Origin: an uncultured virus (IMG/VR IMGVR_UViG_3300028805_000004)
Taxonomy: Duplodnaviria; Heunggongvirae; Uroviricota; Caudoviricetes
IMG/VR virus record: IMGVR_UViG_3300028805_000004
Length of the DNA: 64,000 nt
Strand: one strand, 5' to 3'
Shown here: positions 45,901-54,190 of the stretch, in pieces
Layout: each line of letters opens with the position of its first letter
Position numbering within the stretch: position 1 is the first letter of the stretch
Notes under the pieces: model-generated
Database searches by the model: none
Seen by the model: only the letters and a program-made list of their open reading frames with translations
What the model was told of the DNA's origin: nothing
Made by a program: the position numbers and the translations under genes

Positions 45901-46943
45901 GCTTCCTGAAGAGAATCCATCATCATGGAATACGACTTAACATCCTGAGCTGCATCGAAAGATGCTTTGCCGAGTTCTTCGATTTTATCGATCTGTTCGT
46001 CGGTGTAGTGAAGACCGACCATCTTTTCGCGCCAGAGTTTATACTCGTCGTCAGTCATCTCCCTAACATCAGTAGAGTAGTTTGACAGGGTCTGGGTAAG
46101 AACATCAGAAGTCATCCACAAAGATGAAAGTGAATCGTTGAACATGGACGTCGCAGTGAATGCCTCAGACACATGTCCGTTGGCGTCCGTAGTCGTCGAA
46201 ATATACTTGTCGCCTTCTTTTCGAACAGTACCCATTGCTACGGCTGTATCAAGCAGTGACTGTTTGAATTCGACAGTTGCCATATTGGCGTTTTCGATCG
46301 ATTTCCAGTCAATAAGCTTGACTGCACCAGATGATAACGCCTGGGAGAAGTTATACATCGCAGCAGAAGCCTGTTGAGCGTTAGCACCAGATCGAGCAGC
46401 TTCATTCGAAATACCCTGGATAGCCTTAACAGCATCGTCCAGCTTGACACCGGCGTTGGTGAACTTACCAATCGAGGATGTCATGTCTGAAAAGCTGTAG
46501 ATAGTCTTATCGGAGTAAGTGTTCAGTTCCTCGAGGTACTTATTGACCTCTTCCATCGAAGCTCCAGAACCTGCCATAATGGTTTGGACAGACCCCATTT
46601 TGAGCTCGTACTCTTTAAAACCACCAGTGATCTGGTCAATAGAGAGGGACTTAGCCATACTGGTTGCCCAGTTAGCTGCCTTGGACTTGATGTTGTCGAA
46701 GACGTGCCCAACAAAGGACTCCATGAACTGGAATCGGTTGTTGATCTCTTCAACGCTCTTGGCAATTGCCGAGAAGTCAACGTTATTTGCCGCTTTCTGG
46801 AGACCGCTAAGGGCCTGACCTGCATCTTGGAGTTTCAAACCCTCATCAAGTTTCTTGAGGTCCTGGAGTGTAGCCTCAACACCTCTCGAGAAGTCATCAT
46901 GGTTGAATTTCATCTCAACTATTCTGTTCTCGATTTCGCTCAT
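39927..46943 (-). CDS. Tape measure protein (~2338 aa)
   Basis: Tape-measure N-domain (ELNTYSDKTIYSF, YNFSQAL), hydrophobic repeats, IKSPSR; start ATG 46943. Confidence 0.92.
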   Translation of the reverse strand: MSEIENRIVEMKFNHDDFSRGVEATLQDLKKLDEGLKLQDAGQALSGLQKAANNVDFSAIAKSVEEINNRFQFMESFVGHVFDNIKSKAANWATSMAKSLSIDQITGGFKEYELKMGSVQTIMAGSGASMEEVNKYLEELNTYSDKTIYSFSDMTSSIGKFTNAGVKLDDAVKAIQGISNEAARSGANAQQASAAMYNFSQALSSGAVKLIDWKSIENANMATVEFKQSLLDTAVAMGTVRKEGDKYISTTTDANGHVSEAFTATSMFNDSLSSLWMTSDVLTQTLSNYSTDVREMTDDEYKLWREKMVGLHYTDEQIDKIEELGKASFDAAQDVKSYSMMMDSLQEAIGSGWATTFELIFGNLDEAKKLWTGLNNVLSGTIGAIGEVRNGILKVWKARGGRDDMLAGITALWRAFTGLMKPIGEALDYFLPSVKVLGIRLATLSHSFMMAAGSIRISDEFATDIRDTFKMLIFPIVTIGKLIGSVFGAVLPTALKLVGSIVRAIFLITGNMARTFQSLFSPVEKFTKTFGKASKQFVKFFEKDIVTFPNALAQTLVNLGATAERFIVGTFEKAKNTVIPFFVKLSVIFDKFKRSIQNVIKDSGLGDFIDWIVKWNNITGQMVGSFFTSVIPDTISGTASALADFGKAAIEAFRGSSSIGEFVKNLKKPFEDLKAKLDEVFMWEDGFFGAISSIFGHLIPGGSIKDLKEMFSYFQVDVPKIVKGVKGALNILNADLYRLTGINFKAVGQDIGHFFSVIGSSIEQATRGYRQAFATFGQDIYKALEDSWIIDWFDTVSAWCHVVWDDLKWIFGPEGMPLFLKGLGTQFKNLGESLANAFKFSTSITDFIDRVRYSFLEFGEAVQYVFFGDASVGAMSEKLRVLKEAFQRLLIPFTYGIKNWIEYDKLIAGVSNAFKKLGRSLLELMHLDGVFDSLSQLKIFSDLRGDLSRLLGVVKEFFQANILSRVSAMVDGIKEKLSGIGKYFERNLNFKRIFKDVGASFKWLTARLSYLLGEGWKPNEIFKNLGALFSQFFRNIGKSIKKNINLGGVLSDIQSWFSKIRDSVKDFITLGLPGMIGKISDKVKELWGNFSGSAKDVGSGALEKIKDLASQLPDIFQNAKEKVGEFFDKIANANIVKSVQGIFEPMIEWVKNSRAAQGIGFIFDKIKETFTALKGSAGDGFTAFLEKIKDFKFDSTTLTALLDKVKEFFGYIKTVSTDKFGEIRTKLGEFVDMLKEKVGPAKDRMLELKDTLMGTFSDILSKFKNFDWTPVFDIVKGAAAIYAFYQIIKAIDSFTSAVTIVSTIKGMFSDIGKAAKATKWTLIADAFLKAGIAIAILAGSLVVLSSINQDNLMNATSAIAIILLLMSLFVGALALFKKFSGASAAAEASAKDSKKGAKALESIKEGLGKFLDSVSETFSNFLKKIGNAALIIGSVIAIVFAIVAVVRSFKQIQKIASEPNFRTAILVLLGIVGVLGAFIKIVAKGKQLSVGSALGIFALGIAITKVVKAFGMMNKIVGNENFDKAQKAMWGIVGMLSVLLIATGFSKKADKNIKAFGVTAILMAIAFKLIAKPLQELTKVAGAGGNKFKGVAIGLGILLGVMALAIGIFAKLGASAIEENMKGFITGLAGLVVVAGVIWIFADALKQLDSLDHVWRSLGVIVIGLVAIAAALAGFGAIAQIFAPGLLILTKVMTGFGIAVALVGAGVALFGLGVQLAAAAFPAFGEGIVLMANDIQGHEDEVVNAIGVIIAGIVKGILDGLGLLVGAIISGLDTVVVELDKYLPSLLDHLLVLLGHITVILVDRLGQAFVWLWDCIPPKIKEFFGKLWSEVADRLGDWWDIWREWQKTNVTYIQQFFSYGGALVKYGMANIISMIANAVANNPVLSKVFEALGVDVKSWADNATAKAEEALANVNAVEEKYEAKREAIHAEYKAKRDAETIAEWEQHMSDEAARAAEDIARIQAKYDKQAQIASDGTHAATAAVNQAMAEDADGTEESANIFGVNIGGALGEGLMGQLTSMMNNGADSQQMLAMLQSSGVDMGDSSISGIIEALQNGDTSVISEYVDLGEDSADEFGDNQDLEGAAEDNMDAAASAVNNNNNVSNAAGNAGRRSGEEFGRAGYGSYYASGSHSMDGGAAGIDDNTYKVTAAARRAARAANDAYNAESLIKSPSRKFKESGMYQMLGAAIGIADNTHYLVENSVSAAKAAIGAFSDTLHFDTSGAGYRPHISPVLDMSSFSAGSGAINGFFDRAANVQASINTSGLNFRDSINTFSRADIRRGDETVNVMRQLNDAISDLGNRIERMEVKLNDGTLVGKITAPLDQSLGRRAALKARGM

Positions 46944-47335
46944 GAGCGTTTCACCTCCTCCCATGCAGACTTAGCTATCTTGTCAAAGATCGGTTTAAGA
47001 GCAGGGTTAATGAAATCTATGCCCTGTACATAACCGCCTGTACCTGTCATATGCCCATACTGGAGTAATAGAACTATTGGTATGGACTTATTGTTTGAAG
47101 AATTGACCCATCTAAGGGTCACAGAATCAGTAGTCCTCTCAATCTCGTAAGACCAGGAATCTGCTGTTTCACCGGTTCGGACCGGGGTAGCTGCACGTAA
47201 GGCCTCTACCCCTTCCTGACCGTACTTGTCCAGCGAAGAAAGGAACGAAAGACGCTGGGCAGTTTTTAGGAAGTTTCTGGTTTTCTTCCAGTCTCCCTTG
47301 TATGAAAAAGTGATAGACGGCATGGATCTAGCCAC
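46940..47335 (-). CDS. HK97 gp10-like tail completion protein
   Basis: TPVRTG, LQYGH, FINPAL motifs. Confidence 0.75.
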   Translation of the reverse strand: MARSMPSITFSYKGDWKKTRNFLKTAQRLSFLSSLDKYGQEGVEALRAATPVRTGETADSWSYEIERTTDSVTLRWVNSSNNKSIPIVLLLQYGHMTGTGGYVQGIDFINPALKPIFDKIAKSAWEEVKRS

Positions 47336-47340
47336 AGCGT

Positions 47341-47883
47341 TTACCTCCTTTTTCCTCGTCGTCTTTGTTTCAGAGCTCTCATACGTGCGATGTTTTCGTC
47401 TTTTGACAGTTTCTTCTTAGGAGCGCTTTCTCGGTTACAATACTCGACAAGGGCTCTAAGACTGTTAAAGTTCCACTTTTCGCACTCGAGTGGTATGTTG
47501 TTCTGAAACATCTGAAAATATATGGTTTCCGCACTAACAAATTTACCAGTACCGTGACGTTGTCCAGGAAGCTCTTTGAAGGTTGCTGCCGTAGCAGGAT
47601 CATTTATGTACTCTTCAATTTGTTTCAAATTGTCGTTGGTAAGGGCAAAATACACTAGCGGATTTACATTCTTGGTTAAAGTCATGAAACGTACGTAATC
47701 TCGCATCTGTTCTTTGGTTTTCTCATTAACCTCATCGAGAAATGGTACCTTCCATTTTGATTCCCACAACCGAATTCCATACAGCGAGTGCTCAAGCCTG
47801 AGCGTTGTCTCAGGGACATTGATGAATGAGCCTGTTCGCTGGTCGTAGAACTCCCGTCCGGGCACAGTGATTGTGAGAGGCAT
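47341..47883 (-). CDS. Tail assembly chaperone-like protein 2
   Basis: LEHSL..WESKW; position before the TMP; own RBS. Confidence 0.6.
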   Translation of the reverse strand: MPLTITVPGREFYDQRTGSFINVPETTLRLEHSLYGIRLWESKWKVPFLDEVNEKTKEQMRDYVRFMTLTKNVNPLVYFALTNDNLKQIEEYINDPATAATFKELPGQRHGTGKFVSAETIYFQMFQNNIPLECEKWNFNSLRALVEYCNRESAPKKKLSKDENIARMRALKQRRRGKRR

Positions 47884-47893
47884 GACTTACTCC

Positions 47894-48331
47894 TTAATTA
47901 ACCGGCTTGATGTCAGCAGACACCTTTGCAATAGCTGCATTAAACTCAGCATCATCGATATCGACAGCATCCTCGACGACACCTCTGATGAAATCTGCTG
48001 CCAGCTTAGCATCGGTAGCCAGATCCATGTAGATCATGGAGAAGGCCGGTGTGGAAACGAACTGCTCCACGTATTCCGGAAGCTTCGAGAAGCGGGTACC
48101 GAACTTGGGATCGAATACCTTCTGGCCGTAAGAAGCCAACAGAATCTTCTTGAAGAATCCGATGATCTCACCGCCATCGTTGGTCTTCTGAATACTCTCG
48201 ATGTATCGGACAAGTCCGCCCGGAGAAGTGAAGTTCAGCTCGACGATCTCCTGCTTGGAAAGGCTGAAATAGAAGTCATTCGTCATTTCATTGCCGTCGT
48301 AGTCTTTGTAAGTCTTGGTAATCTTAAACAT
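47894..48331 (-). CDS. Tail assembly chaperone
   Basis: YKDYDG..FYFSLSK; follows the major tail protein; start moved out of the repeat. Confidence 0.7.
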   Translation of the reverse strand: MFKITKTYKDYDGNEMTNDFYFSLSKQEIVELNFTSPGGLVRYIESIQKTNDGGEIIGFFKKILLASYGQKVFDPKFGTRFSKLPEYVEQFVSTPAFSMIYMDLATDAKLAADFIRGVVEDAVDIDDAEFNAAIAKVSADIKPVN

Positions 48332-48356
48332 TGTGGTCTCTCCTTTTAATTTTGTG

Positions 48357-48465
48357 AAAAAATGCCAAAAATACCAAAAAACCACTCGTTTTCTACTTTC
48401 TCCCTGAAAAAACATATACTTTTTCAGAAACTTTATGAAAAGTAAGTGGTTTTTTGGCATTTTTT
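48357..48465. repeat. ~109-bp palindromic dispersed repeat, copy 5
   Basis: Between major tail protein and chaperone genes. Confidence 0.95.
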
Positions 48466-48483
48466 AGGTATTATTGGTATTAA

Positions 48484-49149
48484 TTACTTCGCAGCCTTGA
48501 CAGCAGCGAGAAGAACTTCCGGTGCCGGAAGGGTCGGTTCAGCCTGCTCTGTACCGTAAAGCAGATCCTCAACGGCCTTCATAGCAGCCTCAGTGAGCTT
48601 CGTGGAATCGAACTCAAGAGTTGCGACCTTATAGGTCTTATTGTCGTACACGAAGGTGACCTTCTCGGTATCGAACTCATAGCTGAGCGTCTGAGCTTCC
48701 GGAGACTCGTTGGTAGTCTCATCGGTCTGATCGGACGGAGCCGCCGTAGCATTGTACACAACCTTGATCTTGTAGCCGTAGTCCAGGCCCTTGACATCGT
48801 TGCCGACTTTCGATCTGTATGCGAAGCCGAATTTACGTCTGATCTGCTGCCCAAGGCTTACGCCCTCGAGAGCCAGAATGCCATCACAAATATCAAACTC
48901 ATCCGGAGTGTTGAAGCACTCGATCGTGCCGGAACATTCCTCCTCGGAACGAATATCAGCATAAACGCCGTTGTCAGCATACTGCTTATTGGCCTCAGCA
49001 CCAGACGGGGAAATGGCAACCGAGATGAGACCATTCCATGCAACTCCATTTGCGTACACACCGGTGTCGTCCATGACGTAAAGTGCGCCCCAGTCACAAC
49101 CTGTGAAGAAGCGCTTTACACCGGTTTCACCCCATTTCATCTTAGCCAT
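48484..49149 (-). CDS. Major tail protein (phi13-like)
   Basis: GVAWNGL, YADNG, FGFAYR, LYGTE..PTLP.P. Confidence 0.88.
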   Translation of the reverse strand: MAKMKWGETGVKRFFTGCDWGALYVMDDTGVYANGVAWNGLISVAISPSGAEANKQYADNGVYADIRSEEECSGTIECFNTPDEFDICDGILALEGVSLGQQIRRKFGFAYRSKVGNDVKGLDYGYKIKVVYNATAAPSDQTDETTNESPEAQTLSYEFDTEKVTFVYDNKTYKVATLEFDSTKLTEAAMKAVEDLLYGTEQAEPTLPAPEVLLAAVKAAK

Positions 49150-49160
49150 AGTTGAACCTC

Positions 49161-49469
49161 CTAATAATAGAGAATATAAACATCGTAGTTGTAGCCCTTA
49201 GATTCATAGTGCCGGTCGTGCCGACAGAACCTAAAGTGCTTGCAGAATTCCTCAACAAGAGGAAGGTCGGGGTCCTTTGTGATGATAGACACGGAGTATT
49301 TGGTGTCTCCTGTGTAAATATCATCATCTGCCCTTTTGTATTCAATCCCAGTTCTCGAGTATACGATTGCTGGGAACTTCATCTTTAACGACTCTGGCGG
49401 CTGAAAATACACGTTACTACTACCAAGGAGGGCTTCGAGCTTGGCGTGTAGTTCTAAGCGCTTACTCAT
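49161..49469 (-). CDS. Tail terminator-like protein
   Basis: NVYFQPP..PAIVY; position. Confidence 0.7.
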   Translation of the reverse strand: MSKRLELHAKLEALLGSSNVYFQPPESLKMKFPAIVYSRTGIEYKRADDDIYTGDTKYSVSIITKDPDLPLVEEFCKHFRFCRHDRHYESKGYNYDVYILYY

Positions 49470-49794
49470 AAAGCCCTCCTATCTGAAGCGTAATTCTCGG
49501 CCAACCAGTAGGATCCGCTGTAGAGATTTTCCACTTGGCTCCACGGTACGTAATATAACGCATGTGAGCGAAGTTGGCTCTAGCAAACGGATCACTAATG
49601 ATTGACAAAGACATGTTCAGGGAAATATCATCATTGACCTTGGATACCTGCTGAAAGCTGCTTCCAAGCCTGGTCATTTCTCCGTAGTAGTGATGTTCTT
49701 CAATAAACTCAGAATCGTCATCTGAGCCATTATAGACGCCAGGAGCCGTTTCCTTGGTAACAAGGAAGCCGATGTTTCCTGACCACTTGCTCAT
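49462..49794 (-). CDS. Head-closure (stopper)-like protein
   Basis: Position after the capsid gene; beta-rich, YRGAKWKI. Confidence 0.6.
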   Translation of the reverse strand: MSKWSGNIGFLVTKETAPGVYNGSDDDSEFIEEHHYYGEMTRLGSSFQQVSKVNDDISLNMSLSIISDPFARANFAHMRYITYRGAKWKISTADPTGWPRITLQIGGLYE

Positions 49795-49802
49795 AGATCA
49801 CC

Positions 49803-50042
49803 TCAGCTGTTAACGGCAACTGCACCGGTGGCCACTGTATAGGTGTAGGTGCTGCCGTTACCCGCAGTGAGCGTGTAGGTAGCTGCACCGTTGGCACCTG
49901 CAACATTGGTAATGACCGTATGGACGTTGCCGACGATCATGATCTGGCCGACCAGCTGCTCCGGGAAAAGCTTCGGCTGAATTGTACCGGCACCATCATT
50001 GATGATAAAATCGAAATCACCATTCTCTCTTCTGAGTCTCAT
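49803..50042 (-). CDS. Small virion protein (possible capsid decoration)
   Basis: Start ATG 50042 after AAGGAGG; T/A/G-rich beta tail; directly after the capsid gene. Confidence 0.55.
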   Translation of the reverse strand: MRLRRENGDFDFIINDGAGTIQPKLFPEQLVGQIMIVGNVHTVITNVAGANGAATYTLTAGNGSTYTYTVATGAVAVNS

Positions 50043-50061
50043 AATATAACCCTCCTTCTGC

Positions 50062-51987
50062 TTACTGCTTGGTAACATAGATCGCACTGTACGGCTTGGT
50101 CAGCATGCCAGAGCACCGGCCCTCAAGCAGGTAGGAATACTGGTTGTAGTCCATATCGAACTTGTCGAAGCTGGTGATCTCGCCGCCGGCATTGGTGCCC
50201 ACAGTGTAGTCCTTGAGGTTCAGGATCAGGAGACCGAAATTCGCCGGAACGACTTCCTTCGGAATACGGACGATGCGGGTAACACCGAACGCATCTGCGA
50301 TCTCGCTCTGATTCTTATACAGACGATAACCCTGGCCGTCCTTCATGAGTCTGTAGTCAGCCAGCTGACCTTCGGTCATGAAGCACACCGTGGAACCGGA
50401 GCCCTTGTAGTCTTCGAATGCGCGGACAGCAGTCTCAAGCATCTCATCAGCAACCTCGTACCGGGTCTTATTGCCGACAGTAACAGACTTCTTGATGGTC
50501 CAGAAGTTATCGTCGGAAATGATCGGATGGATAGAGCCCTCGTCGATCTTGTCCGGGGAAGTAGCGTCACGGCCGTCACCGAAGACGATTGCACGTGCCA
50601 GCTCTTCATTCAGCATCTTTCTCATCTCTTTCCAGAGCCATGCGATGATGTTGAAGTTCTTGATCCGGATGATGGTCTCACGATCAAGCTTCTGGCGCTT
50701 GTAGAACATGCAGGCATCCGTGGATCTCCGCATGAGCTTGAAGACTTCTTCCTTCTTCAGGTTGCCCTTAATATAACCACGGGCACGGGCCTCATCTTCG
50801 GTAATATCAGCCCACATGGATCTGAACTTCTCGAACGGGACATGAGAAACACCGCCGAGAACAACCGAAACCCACTCATCATCACGAGCGATAAGCATCG
50901 GCTCCTGATTGAGGTTGTGATCCTCCGGGAACAGGTAGTCGATGTTCTCGACACCGTAGGAGTCATGCTGAAGAGCTCTGCCATTGCGGCCATCCGGGAA
51001 GAATACGGTAAGATCATTCTGTTCTCTGAACTCATCGCCATAGTCGCCATGAGCCAGGGCCATGGAAACGGCCTTCTTGAACGTGCCGGCAGCCCTCAGG
51101 TTGGTGTCATCGAAAATATCATGCTCAAGAGACTGTCTCGTCTCGATGAAAGCATCAAGGGAAAGAACGCCCTGACCACCGGCGCCCTGCTCAAACGGAT
51201 TGTACTGCATGTACTCATCACCTCCAAAATCGTCATGTTCGGCTTCATCGCCGTCGTCTTCATCTTCGTCATCATCGTCAACCTGCTTCTTGATCTCGGA
51301 AGCATGGTCAACAGCATACTCAAGAGCCTGATAGAAGGCCGCCTGCTGCTCCTCATTCATGGTTGCGATAATGTCGTCGAGGGACTTTTTACCCTCAGTC
51401 TGTTTTTCAGCCACTGGCTTTTCCTCCTTTGGCTCGTCGGCATGCTCAATGACAGGCTCGACGGTGGGCTCGAGAGTGTCTTTGGCGAAGACCGAATGCT
51501 CGAGCGCGTTGTTATAGAAATAAAAATCCCCAGACTCATCATCCGGGGTATAAGATCCATCAGCATGCTGGATTGACGGATACTCGATATAAGCGCCCTC
51601 GTTTGCGCCGGCAAGAACAAGGCTTACCTCTCGGATGTTACCGTGGTAAACGTTTCCACCGGATTCACGGAGCTGGTTGGCATAGATAGAAAGTGCTGTA
51701 ACAACACCTTCTTCGATAAGCCCTTTGGCTTTCTGTCCATCAGCGCTGTGACTCAGAAGGCCATACATGTACATACCTTCCGGCCGACTTTCAAGAAGAC
51801 CCTTGCCGACTACAGCGTCGAGGTCTTTGTGGTTATGCTGATAGACGATCGGGACGATCTTGCCGTTGCAGTCGTCAAATGCGCTCTGCTTAATGGTTCG
51901 ACCATCCGCACACTTAATGTTGAAACGTGTTGCCCACCCAGCGAAATCATAGTTTGTCGCTGAGGGGTTCTTATACACATCCCCCAT
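50062..51987 (-). CDS. Prohead protease-scaffold-major capsid fusion (HK97 fold)
   Basis: FAGWA, YQHNH, LSI, IREVSLVLAGAN protease motifs; acidic linker; capsid domain ELARAIVFGDGR. Confidence 0.88.
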   Translation of the reverse strand: MGDVYKNPSATNYDFAGWATRFNIKCADGRTIKQSAFDDCNGKIVPIVYQHNHKDLDAVVGKGLLESRPEGMYMYGLLSHSADGQKAKGLIEEGVVTALSIYANQLRESGGNVYHGNIREVSLVLAGANEGAYIEYPSIQHADGSYTPDDESGDFYFYNNALEHSVFAKDTLEPTVEPVIEHADEPKEEKPVAEKQTEGKKSLDDIIATMNEEQQAAFYQALEYAVDHASEIKKQVDDDDEDEDDGDEAEHDDFGGDEYMQYNPFEQGAGGQGVLSLDAFIETRQSLEHDIFDDTNLRAAGTFKKAVSMALAHGDYGDEFREQNDLTVFFPDGRNGRALQHDSYGVENIDYLFPEDHNLNQEPMLIARDDEWVSVVLGGVSHVPFEKFRSMWADITEDEARARGYIKGNLKKEEVFKLMRRSTDACMFYKRQKLDRETIIRIKNFNIIAWLWKEMRKMLNEELARAIVFGDGRDATSPDKIDEGSIHPIISDDNFWTIKKSVTVGNKTRYEVADEMLETAVRAFEDYKGSGSTVCFMTEGQLADYRLMKDGQGYRLYKNQSEIADAFGVTRIVRIPKEVVPANFGLLILNLKDYTVGTNAGGEITSFDKFDMDYNQYSYLLEGRCSGMLTKPYSAIYVTKQ

Positions 51988-52003
51988 TTTGAATTCCTCC
52001 TCT

Positions 52004-53239
52004 CTACTGTTTTTCAACAGGTTCTTCCTCCTGGGCTGGAGGTTGTTTCTGAGCTTCAGCTTCTGCCGACTGGTTGATGTTCTTGTTTCTCAGTTCATCA
52101 GCACCAGGATCCTTAGAAGGAACAAGACCAAGAATCTGCCTGAACTCGTTAGAAGACATAATCTCATTACGAGTAAGCTTATCCGCAAGGTCTGCAAGCT
52201 GAGTTGTCGGAACGAGCTTGAACGGTTCCCTAAAGAAAAGAATAGACTGCCTCTGAGTACGAGCGGTCTTACTAAGGAACTTCCATCTCATACTATCACA
52301 GATAGCTGAAACGAAAGGTTCAAGTATTCGGTTCTGGTATTCGAGTTTCTGGTCGTCAGTGGCAGTACCATCAAGGATAGCCTGAGAAAAGCCAATCTGA
52401 CTGAATACCTGGTTTGTGAAGTACTCAACCTGTGAAAGCATCTTGTTTTCAATGGCTCGGTTGAGCTGGATGACATGCTCAGTTCCGTCGATGTATGCTA
52501 CACCGTATTCGGAATCGGCAAGCTGCGATTTGAGGTCGTCTCTACGCTGCTTTGCCCTTGCCTGCTGAAGCTCTGTGCGTGCACTATAGGGTACCTGGAT
52601 GATAAGATCAAGCTTATTGGATGCCGATTGTTCGTCAATCGTATCAAGCAAGTCGAGTTTCCTAATTAGACGCTGCAATGTGGAATTGTACTCATTCATC
52701 ACAGAATATAACGGATTCTCAACGATTGCCGTGATGGATTTGGGAACAACAATCTCCTCAAACTCACACTTATCTTCGTTGTACACACGCACTCTTATGT
52801 GTTCTGGAAACCATTCCAGAATCTTGCCAACCTTCAAGGCCTGAATATCAAAGGATGTCGTCTCTGGATTGAAGTCTGCCCTTGTGATAACAATAGCAAC
52901 TACTCCTTCATCCATCATAGACATGACAACATCCTTGATGAACGCTCTACCTGTCTGATCCCGGTTGGCATTTAAAGTCAGACAGTTGTTAAGACCAGAG
53001 TTGATCGGTTCCAGGAATCTATTGTTTTCGTCCAAACGGACGTGTTTTATAGAAATCTGAGACACGTCAACCGCGATTCTGGTCATAAACGATGCAAGAA
53101 TAGAGCGCTGGTTCTCTCTTTTCAGGCGAATTCGATCCGGTCGAGAACCACCTCCGTATCCGCCACGTGAAATATAAGGCGTCGGGTCGCGGCCCAAGAA
53201 AGCATTCCACGCATGTTGTAGTCTTTCACCAAAACCCAT
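52004..53239 (-). CDS. Portal protein (HK97-like)
   Basis: RIAVDVS, ANRDQT, LTRNEIMSSNEFR..LGL; start ATG 53239 after AGGAGG. Confidence 0.88.
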   Translation of the reverse strand: MGFGERLQHAWNAFLGRDPTPYISRGGYGGGSRPDRIRLKRENQRSILASFMTRIAVDVSQISIKHVRLDENNRFLEPINSGLNNCLTLNANRDQTGRAFIKDVVMSMMDEGVVAIVITRADFNPETTSFDIQALKVGKILEWFPEHIRVRVYNEDKCEFEEIVVPKSITAIVENPLYSVMNEYNSTLQRLIRKLDLLDTIDEQSASNKLDLIIQVPYSARTELQQARAKQRRDDLKSQLADSEYGVAYIDGTEHVIQLNRAIENKMLSQVEYFTNQVFSQIGFSQAILDGTATDDQKLEYQNRILEPFVSAICDSMRWKFLSKTARTQRQSILFFREPFKLVPTTQLADLADKLTRNEIMSSNEFRQILGLVPSKDPGADELRNKNINQSAEAEAQKQPPAQEEEPVEKQ

Positions 53240-53252
53240 TGTGGGGTACCTC

Positions 53253-53963
53253 CTAGTTATACCTAGAAGTAGACGTACGTCTGTTCCTGCGCCTACTACC
53301 GTCACCGTCTTCATAACTTGTGCTGTACTGTTTTCGGATAGTACCACCATTTCCGTAGTTGGTGACATTATTATTAACAGTATGTTCTGCTTCTTTATAC
53401 TGAGCTTTATACTTTGTACCCTGGATCTCAGATGTACTGATACGGTACACGCCAGCGGCTGCGGCAAGAACATTTATGGCAAAGTTGGCAATCTTTTCGC
53501 CCCTTGTTCGAGTGCTTCTGTACGTGTCTTTTGCAGTTACGTCGATCTTTAGCTTTTTACAAGCATCAGCAATTTCAGCCTGTCTTCCATAAGTTTTAAG
53601 GGTCTTCTCGTCCCACATTTCTTGGACGTCCTTTAACTTGGCGCGTCTTTTCTGCTGCTTAGCAAGAACTTTTTCAGCTTTTTCGTGTTTTCCGGCCTTG
53701 CGCAATCTGTCAACACGAGCGTCAAGATTAGATAACTCGTTACGAGCCATGATTCCGTGAGCTCTGGAAACAGCCAACGCTTTATCGTTTTTGTTCAACT
53801 CACGAGTAAAACGTCTGGCCTGTCGTTTCAAGCCAGCGGTCGTGAGTGTTCCGTCCTCGTTCTGATATCTTCTTACGCCCCACTTCTGACCCTTTACTCC
53901 ATGGTGGGCAAGGTATACATCATATGCGAAAATATCAGAGGACAGTAATACTGATGTACTCAT
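53253..53963 (-). CDS. HHG-tagged putative virion cargo protein
   Basis: YLAHHGVKGQKWGVRRYQNEDGTLT.AG; basic helical body. Confidence 0.75.
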   Translation of the reverse strand: MSTSVLLSSDIFAYDVYLAHHGVKGQKWGVRRYQNEDGTLTTAGLKRQARRFTRELNKNDKALAVSRAHGIMARNELSNLDARVDRLRKAGKHEKAEKVLAKQQKRRAKLKDVQEMWDEKTLKTYGRQAEIADACKKLKIDVTAKDTYRSTRTRGEKIANFAINVLAAAAGVYRISTSEIQGTKYKAQYKEAEHTVNNNVTNYGNGGTIRKQYSTSYEDGDGSRRRNRRTSTSRYN

Positions 53964-54190
53964 TGCTCCTCCCATTTCTTGATCGTTCGATTTCTGACAG
54001 CGTCACTATACTTTTTAAGGTCAGACATCGGTGAGAAATATCCAACAGTGCCAGTTCTTTTGTCAACACCGTACATGCCCATATGAGTGGTAACAACAAA
54101 GTGCGAATTATTGTAGTCTATAAGACTGATCGGGTTTAGTTTCGGATAGACAGCTTTAAATCGCTGTATGGCTTTTTCTGATGTAAGCAT
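53960..54190 (-). CDS. Putative immunity protein (Imm35/YrhB-like)
   Basis: 76 aa, MLTSEKAI and GVDKRTGTV; TAATG overlap with the toxin-domain gene. Confidence 0.5.
   Translation of the reverse strand: MLTSEKAIQRFKAVYPKLNPISLIDYNNSHFVVTTHMGMYGVDKRTGTVGYFSPMSDLKKYSDAVRNRTIKKWEEQ

Noticed and set aside
47341..48331. Programmed frameshift between tail chaperone genes
   Set aside because: The second gene has its own TAAGGAG RBS and ATG, and I saw no clear slippery heptamer at the end of the first
11510..48460. Repeated ORFs starting MPKNHLLFIKF (11510, 21124, the extension of 47894) and MKSKWFFGIF on the plus strand
   Set aside because: They are translations of the 109-bp repeat, with no RBS; true starts lie downstream behind SD sequences
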